Assembly: GCA_963645035.1 (NCBI GenBank)
Contig: CAVIQY010000002.1
Span: 557 to 64,556, forward strand
DNA from: a bacterium
GTDB taxonomy: Bacteria > Bacillota_I > Bacilli_A > Erysipelotrichales > Erysipelotrichaceae
Direction: 5' to 3'
Length of the DNA stretch: 64,000 nucleotides
Both the position numbers and the translations under genes were made by a program. Of this stretch, positions 1 to 10,043 are shown in pieces (the first letter of the stretch is position 1; the number at the start of each line of letters is the position of its first letter). A model generated the notes under the pieces. It was not told the DNA's origin. It ran no database searches and saw nothing but the letters and a program-made list of their open reading frames with translations.

Positions 1-584
1 TGCTCACTACAAATACTTGGAAAATAAGATTCATATAATATTGTTTTAATAATGGAATGGATGGAAGGATTATGGTTTTTAAACAATAGATATTTATTAT
101 GTTCTGATTCCTTTGATAAGGAATTCATTAGAAATGAAGTGATGATTCCTGCATCTCCTAACTTTAATAAAAAGCCATCTGTTAGATATTCTTTACGCAT
201 TTCTATCGTAATGATGATGTCATCTTTATCTAGGTATTCAATACGATGAGGAGTGTTCGTATCTAGTAAACAGATATCTCCTTGATTCATCATAATTTTT
301 TTGTTGTTTATAAATTGAGTGCATTTCCCAGAATAAACATAAAGTAATTCTATTGTTGTATGAATGTGTTCGGGAATAAAAGTAAAACGAGATTCTTTGT
401 GTACACACATTAAATGATTCTTTAATATCGAGCCGAAATGGAATTGATATAAAGTTCTTCCTTCAAATTCTACTTGAGGAATAGATTCATATCTCTTTGA
501 TAAAGAATGTGTTGTATCTTGTAAATGATTTAATTCTGATTCAGTATATTGAAATAAATAATCATCAAATGTATCTATTGTCAT
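1..584 (-). CDS. AraC-family transcriptional regulator, N-terminal cupin part (runs off the window edge)
   Basis: Absent from the ORF track. Manual translation from the ATG at 584 (SD GAGGTG) gives MTIDTFDDYLF...PEHIHTTIELLYVYSGKC...GDICLLDTNTPH, open to base 1. This is a cupin sensor motif typical of AraC proteins, and the gene is divergent from the PTS operon. Confidence 0.75.
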   Translation of the reverse strand, partial: MTIDTFDDYLFQYTESELNHLQDTTHSLSKRYESIPQVEFEGRTLYQFHFGSILKNHLMCVHKESRFTFIPEHIHTTIELLYVYSGKCTQFINNKKIMMNQGDICLLDTNTPHRIEYLDKDDIIITIEMRKEYLTDGFLLKLGDAGIITSFLMNSLSKESEHNKYLLFKNHNPSIHSIIKTILYESYFPSICSE

Positions 585-677
585 AAGCACCTCATTATCT
601 TAAGTTTGGTCAGTGCTTATATTATAAATGGTAATTTTGATTATTTGAATATCTAGATATATTAGTAATGTAAAAAT

Positions 678-692
678 TGCAAAGCGCTTACA
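678..692. promoter_or_regulatory. cre/LacI-family-like operator upstream of the PTS operon
   Basis: TGCAAAGCGCTTACA. The right half matches the cre consensus TGWAANCGNTNWCA and the left half is imperfect. Confidence 0.5.
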
Positions 693-719
693 ATTTTAAC
701 TTACGAAAGGATATAAATT

Positions 720-2093
720 ATGAGTACAACAAAGTATGAAAATGAAAAACTATGTAAAGAAATACTAGAAGCTGTTGGTGGGAAAGAAAATATTAAAAAT
801 GTATATCATTGCATTACAAGATTAAGAATAGTTCCAAATAATCGTGATCTTGTGGATTTTGAACGATTAAATAAGACATCTGGAATTCTCAAAGTAATCG
901 AATCTAGTGGACAAATTCAATGTGTTATTGGAACAACTGTTCCTGAAGTATATAACGACTTTATTGCGATTTCTGGAGTAAATTCTGGTGGTGAAGTTGC
1001 AGCAGATGAAAAAGATGAAGTGAAAGAAAAGAAGCCTAATTTATTTGTTCAAGCACTAAATACTTTATCTGCATGTGTTACACCTTACTTATATGCAATC
1101 GTTGCGGGTGGTATGATCAAGGGTATTATTTCCTTACTTACCGCAACAAACCTAGTTTCTTCTTCTAGCGATGTAATTAAAGTATTAACTGCAGTAGGTG
1201 ATGCACCATTCTACTTTATGCCATTTTTAGTAGGATACGCTGCAGCTAAACGTTTTAAGGTAAAAGAAGTATTTGGTATTATGACTGCTGGAATATTAAT
1301 GTATTCTACATTTATGAATCCTGCAGAAGGCGTTACAGGATATAAGTTCTTATTCTTCAATATTCCTGCATATAACTATAAGAGTTCATTATTCCCTGTA
1401 ATTTTATCTGTATGGTTATTCTCTGTAGTGTTCCATTTTATCGATAAGAGAATGCCAAAGAATTTACGAATTGTATTCTCTGGTGCATTATCTTTCATTA
1501 TTTCAGCACCTCTATTCTTAGCTTTCTTAGCACCTTTAGGAAATATGATTGCTAAAGGTATGACTGGTGGATTTGCTTGGTTATTTACAAATGCTGGTCC
1601 ATTTGCTGGAGCTTTATTTGCAGGTATTATTCCATTAACGGTTATCTTTGGTATCAAAGGTTGGTCTGCGGTTGAATTACAAAATTTAAATACTTTAGGT
1701 TATGACTACATGTTACCTAACTTCTTCTACTCTAATCTTGCGGTTAGTGGTGCATTAATGGGATATGCTTTAAAGATGGAAAAAGGTGAAGCAAAATCAG
1801 CTGCCATTTCAACAAGTTTAGTATGTATTTTAGGTATTACAGAACCGGCATTATATGGTTATGCATTACCTGAGAAAAAGCCATTATTTGCTTGTATGGC
1901 AGGTGGAGCTATAGCTGGTGCACTTGCAATGTTATTACATGTTGTGACTTATGCTTTCTCTGCTCCTGGTATTACTTCTATCGCAACATATATGGATGGA
2001 ACAAATAACTTTGCTAAGTTATTAATTGTCATGGCTGTAGCTTGGGGTTCTTCATTTGTTATTTCCTTATTAATTTCTAAGAAAGAAGCTTAG
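720..2093 (+). CDS. PTS beta-glucoside-type EIIBC component
   Basis: N-terminal EIIB motif HCITRLR, multi-TM EIIC with GITEPALYG, no EIIA domain; next to a GH1 gene. Confidence 0.9.
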   Translation: MSTTKYENEKLCKEILEAVGGKENIKNVYHCITRLRIVPNNRDLVDFERLNKTSGILKVIESSGQIQCVIGTTVPEVYNDFIAISGVNSGGEVAADEKDEVKEKKPNLFVQALNTLSACVTPYLYAIVAGGMIKGIISLLTATNLVSSSSDVIKVLTAVGDAPFYFMPFLVGYAAAKRFKVKEVFGIMTAGILMYSTFMNPAEGVTGYKFLFFNIPAYNYKSSLFPVILSVWLFSVVFHFIDKRMPKNLRIVFSGALSFIISAPLFLAFLAPLGNMIAKGMTGGFAWLFTNAGPFAGALFAGIIPLTVIFGIKGWSAVELQNLNTLGYDYMLPNFFYSNLAVSGALMGYALKMEKGEAKSAAISTSLVCILGITEPALYGYALPEKKPLFACMAGGAIAGALAMLLHVVTYAFSAPGITSIATYMDGTNNFAKLLIVMAVAWGSSFVISLLISKKEA

Positions 2094-3563
<1,470 letters not shown>

Positions 3564-3569
3564 ACAATT

Positions 3570-3593
3570 AAGGCACTTTCGGGTGTCTTTTTT
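3570..3593 (+). terminator. Intrinsic terminator of the PTS/GH1 operon
   Basis: AAGGCACT-TTCG-GGTGTCTT hairpin followed by a T tract. Confidence 0.8.
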
Positions 3594-3612
3594 GATGCTA
3601 AAAGATATCGTT

Positions 3613-3684
3613 TACATGAAACAGGGGAAAAAGGTGTACGTGAAACAAGGAAAAAACATGTACGTGAAACAGGGGGAAAATGTC
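3613..3684. repeat. Three tandem 24-bp imperfect direct repeats
   Basis: TACATGAAACAGGGGAAAAAGGTG / TACGTGAAACAAGGAAAAAACATG / TACGTGAAACAGGGGGAAAATGTC, with an exact 24-bp period. Confidence 0.9.
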
Positions 3685-3911
3685 AAAATAATAAGTAATC
3701 ATGCTTGAATTTGTGATAGGTAAAATAATTGACTTATATAACAAACTTGGTTAAGAGTGTTGTAAAGTATGGGATTGATAATTTATGCAAATGAGATGTA
3801 TTTAAATCAAGTGTACTTGCAAATACATAATGGAATTGCATGATACAAATGTAAAAAAGAGATGGTTTTGTCAATGTGTGTTTATGCGGTTAAGGCATTT
3901 TAAAGCATATA

Positions 3912-3975
3912 TTGACTAATTTTATAACTCATTTATAATAATCATTGTTCTAAAACGAACAGTTCTAAACAGAAC
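3912..3975 (+). promoter_or_regulatory. SigA promoter and tandem palindromic operator of the marR-MATE operon
   Basis: TTGACT (3912), 16 bp, TATAAT (3934); two GTTC-N6-GAAC boxes at 3947-3960 and 3962-3975. Confidence 0.65.
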
Positions 3976-3984
3976 GATGGTGAT

Positions 3985-4428
3985 ATGATGAACGTAATAG
4001 ATATTTTTGATGCCGGTACAGTAGTATATCAAAATCTTTTAGATTCAGTATGCAAAGAATATGATGTGACCTATATGGAGCTAGTTATTCTTTTGTTTTT
4101 AGCAAACAATCCAACAATGGATAAAGCGAGAGATATTGTGGAAAAAAGACATATAGCGAAATCTCATGCTTCGACGTCGATTCGATCATTAATAGATAAA
4201 GGATATATTGAAGGAAAAAACTTAAATGGAGATCGTAGATCTATTCATTTAACGATATTACCTAAAGCAAAAGACATCGTATTAGCAGGGCAAAATGCAC
4301 AAAAAGAATATATGAATATTCTTACACAAGGTTTAGACAAAAAAGAATTAATAGAGATTAAAACTTGTATGAAGAAAATAGAAAAGAATTTATTGATGAA
4401 AGAAAAGGAGTTAGAAAATGGAAAATAA
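3985..4428 (+). CDS. MarR-family transcriptional regulator
   Basis: 147 aa winged HTH with SLIDKGYI...DRRSIHL motif; overlaps the MATE start. Confidence 0.88.
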   Translation: MMNVIDIFDAGTVVYQNLLDSVCKEYDVTYMELVILLFLANNPTMDKARDIVEKRHIAKSHASTSIRSLIDKGYIEGKNLNGDRRSIHLTILPKAKDIVLAGQNAQKEYMNILTQGLDKKELIEIKTCMKKIEKNLLMKEKELENGK

Positions 4429-5779
4429 AGAATTTTTAGGAACAGAACCCATTGGTAAACTTTTATTTAAATTAGCAGTTCCAACAGTTATCGCTCAAAT
4501 TATTAATATGCTATATAACATTGTGGATAGAATCTACATTGGGCATATGCCAGGAAATGGTAGCTTAGCATTAACTGGTGTAGGTGTATGTATGCCTATC
4601 ATATTAATTGTTTCAGCATTTGCGGCTTTAGTAAGTAGTGGTGGTTCTCCAAGAGCTTCTATTTCTATGGGAAAAGGAGATTACGACAAAGCAGAAAAAA
4701 TATTAGGTGAATGTTTTGCATTACAAGTTGTAATTTCTATTGTACTAACGATTATCTTACTTGTATTTGGTAGAAGTTTCTTACTCGCATTTGGTGCTAG
4801 TGAAAATACCATCGAATATGCTGTATCTTATATGCGTATATATGCATTAGGTACGATATTTGTAGAATTAACATTAGGAATGAATACATTTATTACAGCA
4901 CAAGGTTTCGCTAAAACAGGTATGTTAACAGTATTAATTGGAGCGGTTTGTAACATCATTCTTGATCCAATCATGATTTTTGGTTTAAACATGGGTGTAT
5001 CTGGTGCCGCACTAGCAACGATTATTTCTCAAGGTGTTTCTACTGTTTGGGTTATTCATTTCTTAAAATCAAATAAGAGCTTTATTCGTTTAAAGAAAGA
5101 AAACTTTAAATTAGAAAAAGACATTATTTTACCTTGTATTACTCTAGGACTAGCTTCATTTATCATGCAAGCAAGTGAAAGTATTATCTCTGTTTGCTTT
5201 AATTCTTCATTACAAAAATATGGTGGTGATATTGCGGTAGGTGCTATGACTATTTTATCTAGCGTAATGCAATTAGCAATGTTACCAATGCAAGGAATAG
5301 GACAAGGTGCTCAACCTATAGCTAGTTATAATTTTGGTGCAAAAAATAAAGACAGATTAAAACAAACATTTAAGTTATTACTAATATCTTGTTTAACTTA
5401 TTCTATTCTTTTATGGCTATTTATTATGACTTGTCCAACAGTTTTCGCTTCTATTTTCTCTACAGATGCTGAACTAATTACATATACTTCAAGTGCTTTA
5501 AGAATCTATTGTGGATGTTTATTCCTATTTGGTATACAAATTGCTTGTCAGATGTTATTTGTGTCTATTGGTAATGCTGTATGTTCCATCATCGTTGCGG
5601 TATTAAGAAAGTTTGTATTATTAATTCCATTAATCTACATTATGCCTAACTTAGTGGCTGATAAAACAATTGGTGTTTATATGGCAGAACCAATAGCTGA
5701 TGGTCTTGCGGTAACTTTTACAGCAATCTTATTCTTCTTTGAATTTAGAAAAGCTTTAAATAAATTAGAGGAAAATTAA
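4418..5779 (+). CDS. MATE-family efflux transporter (MepA-like)
   Basis: LYNIVDRIYIG, NIILDPIMIF, GAALATIISQ, about 12 TM segments. Confidence 0.92.
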   Translation: MENKEFLGTEPIGKLLFKLAVPTVIAQIINMLYNIVDRIYIGHMPGNGSLALTGVGVCMPIILIVSAFAALVSSGGSPRASISMGKGDYDKAEKILGECFALQVVISIVLTIILLVFGRSFLLAFGASENTIEYAVSYMRIYALGTIFVELTLGMNTFITAQGFAKTGMLTVLIGAVCNIILDPIMIFGLNMGVSGAALATIISQGVSTVWVIHFLKSNKSFIRLKKENFKLEKDIILPCITLGLASFIMQASESIISVCFNSSLQKYGGDIAVGAMTILSSVMQLAMLPMQGIGQGAQPIASYNFGAKNKDRLKQTFKLLLISCLTYSILLWLFIMTCPTVFASIFSTDAELITYTSSALRIYCGCLFLFGIQIACQMLFVSIGNAVCSIIVAVLRKFVLLIPLIYIMPNLVADKTIGVYMAEPIADGLAVTFTAILFFFEFRKALNKLEEN

Positions 5780-5784
5780 CTACA

Positions 5785-5868
5785 GAAAAAACAATGTTCT
5801 TGTGTTGTACAACAACATTGTTTTTTTGTATCTAGATAAATAAAGTGCCTAGCAAATGCTAGACACTA
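5785..5868. terminator. Two hairpins terminating the convergent MATE and metK genes
   Basis: AAAAAACAATGTT...AACATTGTTTTTT, and AGTGCCTAGC-AAAT-GCTAGACACT. Confidence 0.65.
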
Positions 5869-5873
5869 ATAGA

Positions 5874-6965
5874 TTAAAGATTAATTTTCTTGAAGGCTTC
5901 CCAAGGTAGTTCTTTTCTACCGAAGTGACCATAGTTTGTTGTTGTTGCGTAAATAGGTCTTCTTAAATCTAATTCGTTAATAATATTTGATACGCTGAAA
6001 TCAAAATTCTTTTCTACGATATCTAATAGTTCTTCTTCAGAATATTTGCTTGTACCAAATGTATCTAATGTTACAGATAATGGTTTTGGTTTACCAATTG
6101 CATAAGATAATTCGATTTGACATTTATCACATAAACCATTCGCAACTAAGTTTCTGCATACATAACGAGCATAATATGCAGCACTTCTATCTACCTTAGT
6201 TGGATCTTTACTAGAGAAACATCCTCCACCAATAGGAGCGTATCCACCATATGTATCGACTACAATCTTACGACCTGTTGTGCCTGAGTCACCCCAACTA
6301 CCACCTAAGATAAAGCTACCAGATGGATTGATGAAATATTTTGTGTTTTCATCTAAGTATTTTTCTTCGACGATAGGTTTGATGACTTTTTCAAGAACTA
6401 AATCATGAATTTCTTCTTGTGTAATATCTTTTGTATGTTGTGTAGAAACGACAATTGTATCGACTCTCTTTAATACACCATTGTCATATTCAACTGTAAC
6501 TTGTGTTTTACCATCAGGTCTTAAACGTGGATCTTCTCTTCTTACTTTTTCAAGTTGCTTAGCTAGCTTATGAGCACAATTGATGGCATAAGGCATATAT
6601 TCTTCAGTTTCATTAGAAGCATAGCCAAACATAATACCTTGGTCACCAGCTGAAAGTTCATCATGAGCTACAGCACTATTAATTTCAGAAGATTGTTTGT
6701 TTACTTTTACTTCGACATGATATTCTTCATCATAACCAATATCTTTTAATACTTTTTTAGCAATAGCTTCATAATCAATGTTCGCTGTTGTTCCAGCTTC
6801 ACCATAAACAAGAATTAAATCATCTTTAATGGTAGCTTCAACTGCCATATGCGCATATGGATCTTGACGAAGAGCTTCATCAAGGATACTGTCGGCAATT
6901 AAGTCACATACCTTATCTGGGTGACCACTCGTTACCGATTCACTTGTAAAAAATCTTTTAGACAT
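5874..6965 (-). CDS. metK: S-adenosylmethionine synthetase
   Basis: FTSESVTSGHPDK, AGDQGIMFGY, GRKIVVDTYGG, KDPTKVDRS. Confidence 0.97.
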   Translation of the reverse strand: MSKRFFTSESVTSGHPDKVCDLIADSILDEALRQDPYAHMAVEATIKDDLILVYGEAGTTANIDYEAIAKKVLKDIGYDEEYHVEVKVNKQSSEINSAVAHDELSAGDQGIMFGYASNETEEYMPYAINCAHKLAKQLEKVRREDPRLRPDGKTQVTVEYDNGVLKRVDTIVVSTQHTKDITQEEIHDLVLEKVIKPIVEEKYLDENTKYFINPSGSFILGGSWGDSGTTGRKIVVDTYGGYAPIGGGCFSSKDPTKVDRSAAYYARYVCRNLVANGLCDKCQIELSYAIGKPKPLSVTLDTFGTSKYSEEELLDIVEKNFDFSVSNIINELDLRRPIYATTTNYGHFGRKELPWEAFKKINL

Positions 6966-6970
6966 AATAA

Positions 6971-7114
6971 AAACTCCTTCCTTGTCTATCTTGTACCAAC
7001 TTAGAAAGAGTTTAGAAATGGCTCTTTCTTTATCGCTGTCAGCATTACCACCTTGCTTAATGTAGGTTGGTATGAGGTTATGAGCTGACCCTCTACCTCA
7101 TTCTTGATAAAAGA
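6971..7114 (-). ncRNA. SAM-I-class riboswitch (compact, P4-less) with expression platform
   Basis: On the minus strand: P1 UUUAUC/GAUAAA, P2 UGAGGU/ACCUCA, P3 ACCAACC/GGUGGU, pseudoknot GUCAGC/GCUGAC; directly upstream of metK. Confidence 0.88.
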
Positions 7115-7185
7115 CAACTATATTATTCTCAATTTATGTGTATTTGTACATATACAAAAATAAGAAAATGTAGCATAGACCTTAA

Positions 7186-7234
7186 TGTTTACTATTATTA
7201 ACAAAATTGCGTAAAATGTTTATAATAGTAAACA
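7186..7234. promoter_or_regulatory. Paired palindromic operators over the TA promoter
   Basis: TGTTTACTATTATTAACA (7186-7203) and TGTTTATAATAGTAAACA (7217-7234); the second overlaps TATAAT. Confidence 0.65.
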
Positions 7235-7248
7235 CTAGAGGTGCATAC

Positions 7249-7572
7249 ATGAAAAAAGCAGCATATAACTTAATGCCTAAAACAGAAAAAATATTATGTA
7301 CAATGGGCGAACAGATTAAATTAGCAAGATTAAGGAGAAATTTGACAATACAACTAGTTGCTGAAAGAGCAGGAATTAGTAGAGCAACAGTATGGAAAAT
7401 TGAAAAAGGTGATCCTTCTGTAGCAATGGGAATGTATGCTGTTGTATTGATGGCATTAAATGGTTTGGATAAAGATTTATTGCTTATTGCAAAAGATGAT
7501 GAACTAGGTAGAACGTTACAAGATTTGAATTTAAAGCCAGGAAGAAGGGCAACATGGAGGAATAAAAAATGA
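7249..7572 (+). CDS. XRE/HipB-like HTH antitoxin
   Basis: IKLARLRRNLT..VAERAGISRATVWKIEKG HTH; start moved to the ATG after SD GAGG; ATGA overlap with the toxin gene. Confidence 0.85.
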   Translation: MKKAAYNLMPKTEKILCTMGEQIKLARLRRNLTIQLVAERAGISRATVWKIEKGDPSVAMGMYAVVLMALNGLDKDLLLIAKDDELGRTLQDLNLKPGRRATWRNKK

Positions 7573-8843
7573 ATATAAACCAAAAGACAATTTATGTATT
7601 TGATAATTTCAGTTTTGTTAAGCCAATTCTTCTTGGAAGACTATATGTTGATGTTTTAAGAGGGCAAGAAAATTATTCTTTTGAATATGATACAGAGTGG
7701 TTAAATGAAACGAAATGTTCTGTAAGTTTAGATCCCGATTTAATTCCGTATTTAGGAAGACAATTTCCAAAAGATAATCAAATGTTTGGTGTATTTTCAG
7801 ATGCTTCACCAGATAGATGGGGAAGAACTTTGATGAATAGACGAGAAAGAGAAATAGCAAATAATGAAAATAGGAAACCTCAAAAATTACATGAGAGTGA
7901 TTATTTGATTGGCGTATATGATGAAACAAGAATGGGAGGACTGCGATTTAAATTGGATTTAGATGGTCCTTTTCTATCGAATGATTCTGATTCATCTGTA
8001 CCACCATGGACGACTTTAAGGAGTCTAGAAGAAGCGTCACGTAATTATGAGAAAGATGAAAATGATAATAAATGGCTAAATCAATTGATTAAACCAGGCT
8101 CTTCACTTGGTGGAGCAAGACCTAAAGCAAATGTAGTAGATACACAAGGACAGTTGTGGATTGCAAAGTTTCCTTCTAGAAATGACACGAATGATGTGGG
8201 GGCTTGGGAAAAAGTTGCAAATGATTTAGCAAAAATGGTTGGGTTAGACATTCCAGAATCTAAACTAGAAAAATTTTCGAATTTGGGAAGTACTTTTTTA
8301 GTGAAAAGATTTGATCGATTAAAAGATAAACGAATTCATTTTGCTTCAGCTATGACATTACTAGGGAAAAAAGATGGAGCTTCTTCACAGGATGGGACAA
8401 GTTATCTAGAATTAGCTGAATTTATAAAAACATATGGTGTCTGCCCAAAAAATGATTTGATAGAACTATGGAAGAGAATTGTATTTAATATGGCTATTTC
8501 AAATACAGATGATCATCTAAGAAATCATGCGTTTATATTAGAAGAAAAAGGATGGAAATTATCTCCTTTGTATGATGTAAATCCTGTTTCCTATGGAAAT
8601 GAATTATCTTTAAATGTAACGGAAGACGATAATCGGATTGACCTCCATCTAGCTTTAGATGTTGCACGCTCTTTTGGAATTGCTAATGATGAAGCAAAAT
8701 TAGAAATAAATCATATTTTAAACATTGTTAAAAATAATTGGGAACAGTTAGCTCTAAAATATGGTTTAACTAGAAATCAAATTTTAAATATGAAAGATGC
8801 TTTTCGTTTGTGCAATGAAAATAATAAATTGGAATATGAATAA
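7569..8843 (+). CDS. hipA: HipA-family Ser/Thr kinase toxin
   Basis: GSSLGGARPKA loop, WIAKF, NTDDHLRNH, PLYD, N-terminal coupling domain with PDRWGR. Confidence 0.9.
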   Translation: MNINQKTIYVFDNFSFVKPILLGRLYVDVLRGQENYSFEYDTEWLNETKCSVSLDPDLIPYLGRQFPKDNQMFGVFSDASPDRWGRTLMNRREREIANNENRKPQKLHESDYLIGVYDETRMGGLRFKLDLDGPFLSNDSDSSVPPWTTLRSLEEASRNYEKDENDNKWLNQLIKPGSSLGGARPKANVVDTQGQLWIAKFPSRNDTNDVGAWEKVANDLAKMVGLDIPESKLEKFSNLGSTFLVKRFDRLKDKRIHFASAMTLLGKKDGASSQDGTSYLELAEFIKTYGVCPKNDLIELWKRIVFNMAISNTDDHLRNHAFILEEKGWKLSPLYDVNPVSYGNELSLNVTEDDNRIDLHLALDVARSFGIANDEAKLEINHILNIVKNNWEQLALKYGLTRNQILNMKDAFRLCNENNKLEYE

Positions 8844-8917
8844 GAGAAGAATGCTAAATTAAGCAAAAGTTAAAGACATTCTTCTTTTGCTTTTCTGAAT
8901 TGAAGTATAATAAGATT

Positions 8918-10042
8918 ATGAAAATTAATTTAAGTGAACAAACAAAAGAAAATATCAAAGCATATACCTTATCAGGTATACTCATCGTGATTGCATTTTT
9001 CATTCTAAAGAATGCATCGGTTATCTTGAGTTTCTTATCTAGTTTTTGGAACACTTTAATGCCATTCGTGTTAGGTTTTGCATTTGCATTTATTTTGATT
9101 CCATTGAGGCGGATTATTGAAAATGAATGGTTTAAGAAACTAAACTGGACAAAGAAAACAAAAAGGAATGTTGCAGTACTAATTTCAATGATTATTTTTG
9201 CAATTGTTATTGCAAGTTTCTTCATTGTTTTAATTCCACAACTTGTATCTAGTATCAAAACATTAATTAGTTCATTTGATGGATATGTCACAACATTTAC
9301 TTCTTTCTTTGAAAAATTTGAAATTCAAGAAGAATATAAAACAATATTTGATAGCTTGATCAATGCTTTAGAAAACTTCTTTAATTCTCTTGTTTCAGGA
9401 GAAAAGAATGTCATTAGCACAATTGTTAGTTATTCTGTATCCTTTATTTCTAGTGTATTTAATGTCTTTATTGCCTTAATTATTGCAGTATATCTACTTG
9501 TAGATGAAGAACGATTTAAGGATCAAATTAGCAGAGTAGTAAGAGCTGTATTTGGAAAGAGAATTTCTAAAAATATATTTTATGTATCAATATTGACATC
9601 GAAAATGTTTAATAGCTTTATTTTTGGTAAAGCATTAGATTCCTTAATTATTGGTATTATTTGTTGGATTGGTACCGCAATATTACGTATGCCTTATGCA
9701 ACATTAATTTCGTTTATTGTTGGTTTAACAAATATGATTCCTGTATTTGGACCATTTATTGGAGCGATTCCATGTATATTTATCTTGTTATTTATTAGCC
9801 CAATAAAAGCGTTAGAATTTACAATATTTGTATTTGCTTTACAACAAGTAGATGGAAATATTATTGGACCAAAGATTTTAGGAGATTCATTAGGACTACC
9901 TGCACTTTGGGTTATGTTTGCGATTATTGTTGGTGGTGGCTTATTTGGAATATTAGGTATGTTTTTTGGTGTACCACTATTCTCTGTTATTTATGTATTA
10001 ATCCGTGATGGAGTGAATAAGAAATTGAAAGAGGAGGAATGA
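8918..10042 (+). CDS. AI-2E family transporter
   Basis: TNMIPVFGPFIG, QQVDGNIIGPKILG and GGGLFGILGM motifs; start moved to the ATG at 8918. Confidence 0.88.
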   Translation: MKINLSEQTKENIKAYTLSGILIVIAFFILKNASVILSFLSSFWNTLMPFVLGFAFAFILIPLRRIIENEWFKKLNWTKKTKRNVAVLISMIIFAIVIASFFIVLIPQLVSSIKTLISSFDGYVTTFTSFFEKFEIQEEYKTIFDSLINALENFFNSLVSGEKNVISTIVSYSVSFISSVFNVFIALIIAVYLLVDEERFKDQISRVVRAVFGKRISKNIFYVSILTSKMFNSFIFGKALDSLIIGIICWIGTAILRMPYATLISFIVGLTNMIPVFGPFIGAIPCIFILLFISPIKALEFTIFVFALQQVDGNIIGPKILGDSLGLPALWVMFAIIVGGGLFGILGMFFGVPLFSVIYVLIRDGVNKKLKEEE

Positions 10043-10043
10043 G

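Noticed and set aside
52..249. 65-aa plus-strand ORF
   Set aside because: It is the antisense shadow of the AraC-family gene. The other short ORFs nested in or antisense to long genes (e.g. 1376-1657, 8854-9291, 30283-30717, 35841-36326) were rejected for the same reason.
3613..3684. 24-bp repeats as a CRISPR array
   Set aside because: The units are contiguous with no unique spacers, and there are no cas genes in the window.
3947..3975. GAAC/GTTC boxes as a LexA SOS box
   Set aside because: The Firmicute box is GAAC-N4-GTTC, whereas the spacing here is GAAC-N1-GTTC and GTTC-N6-GAAC.
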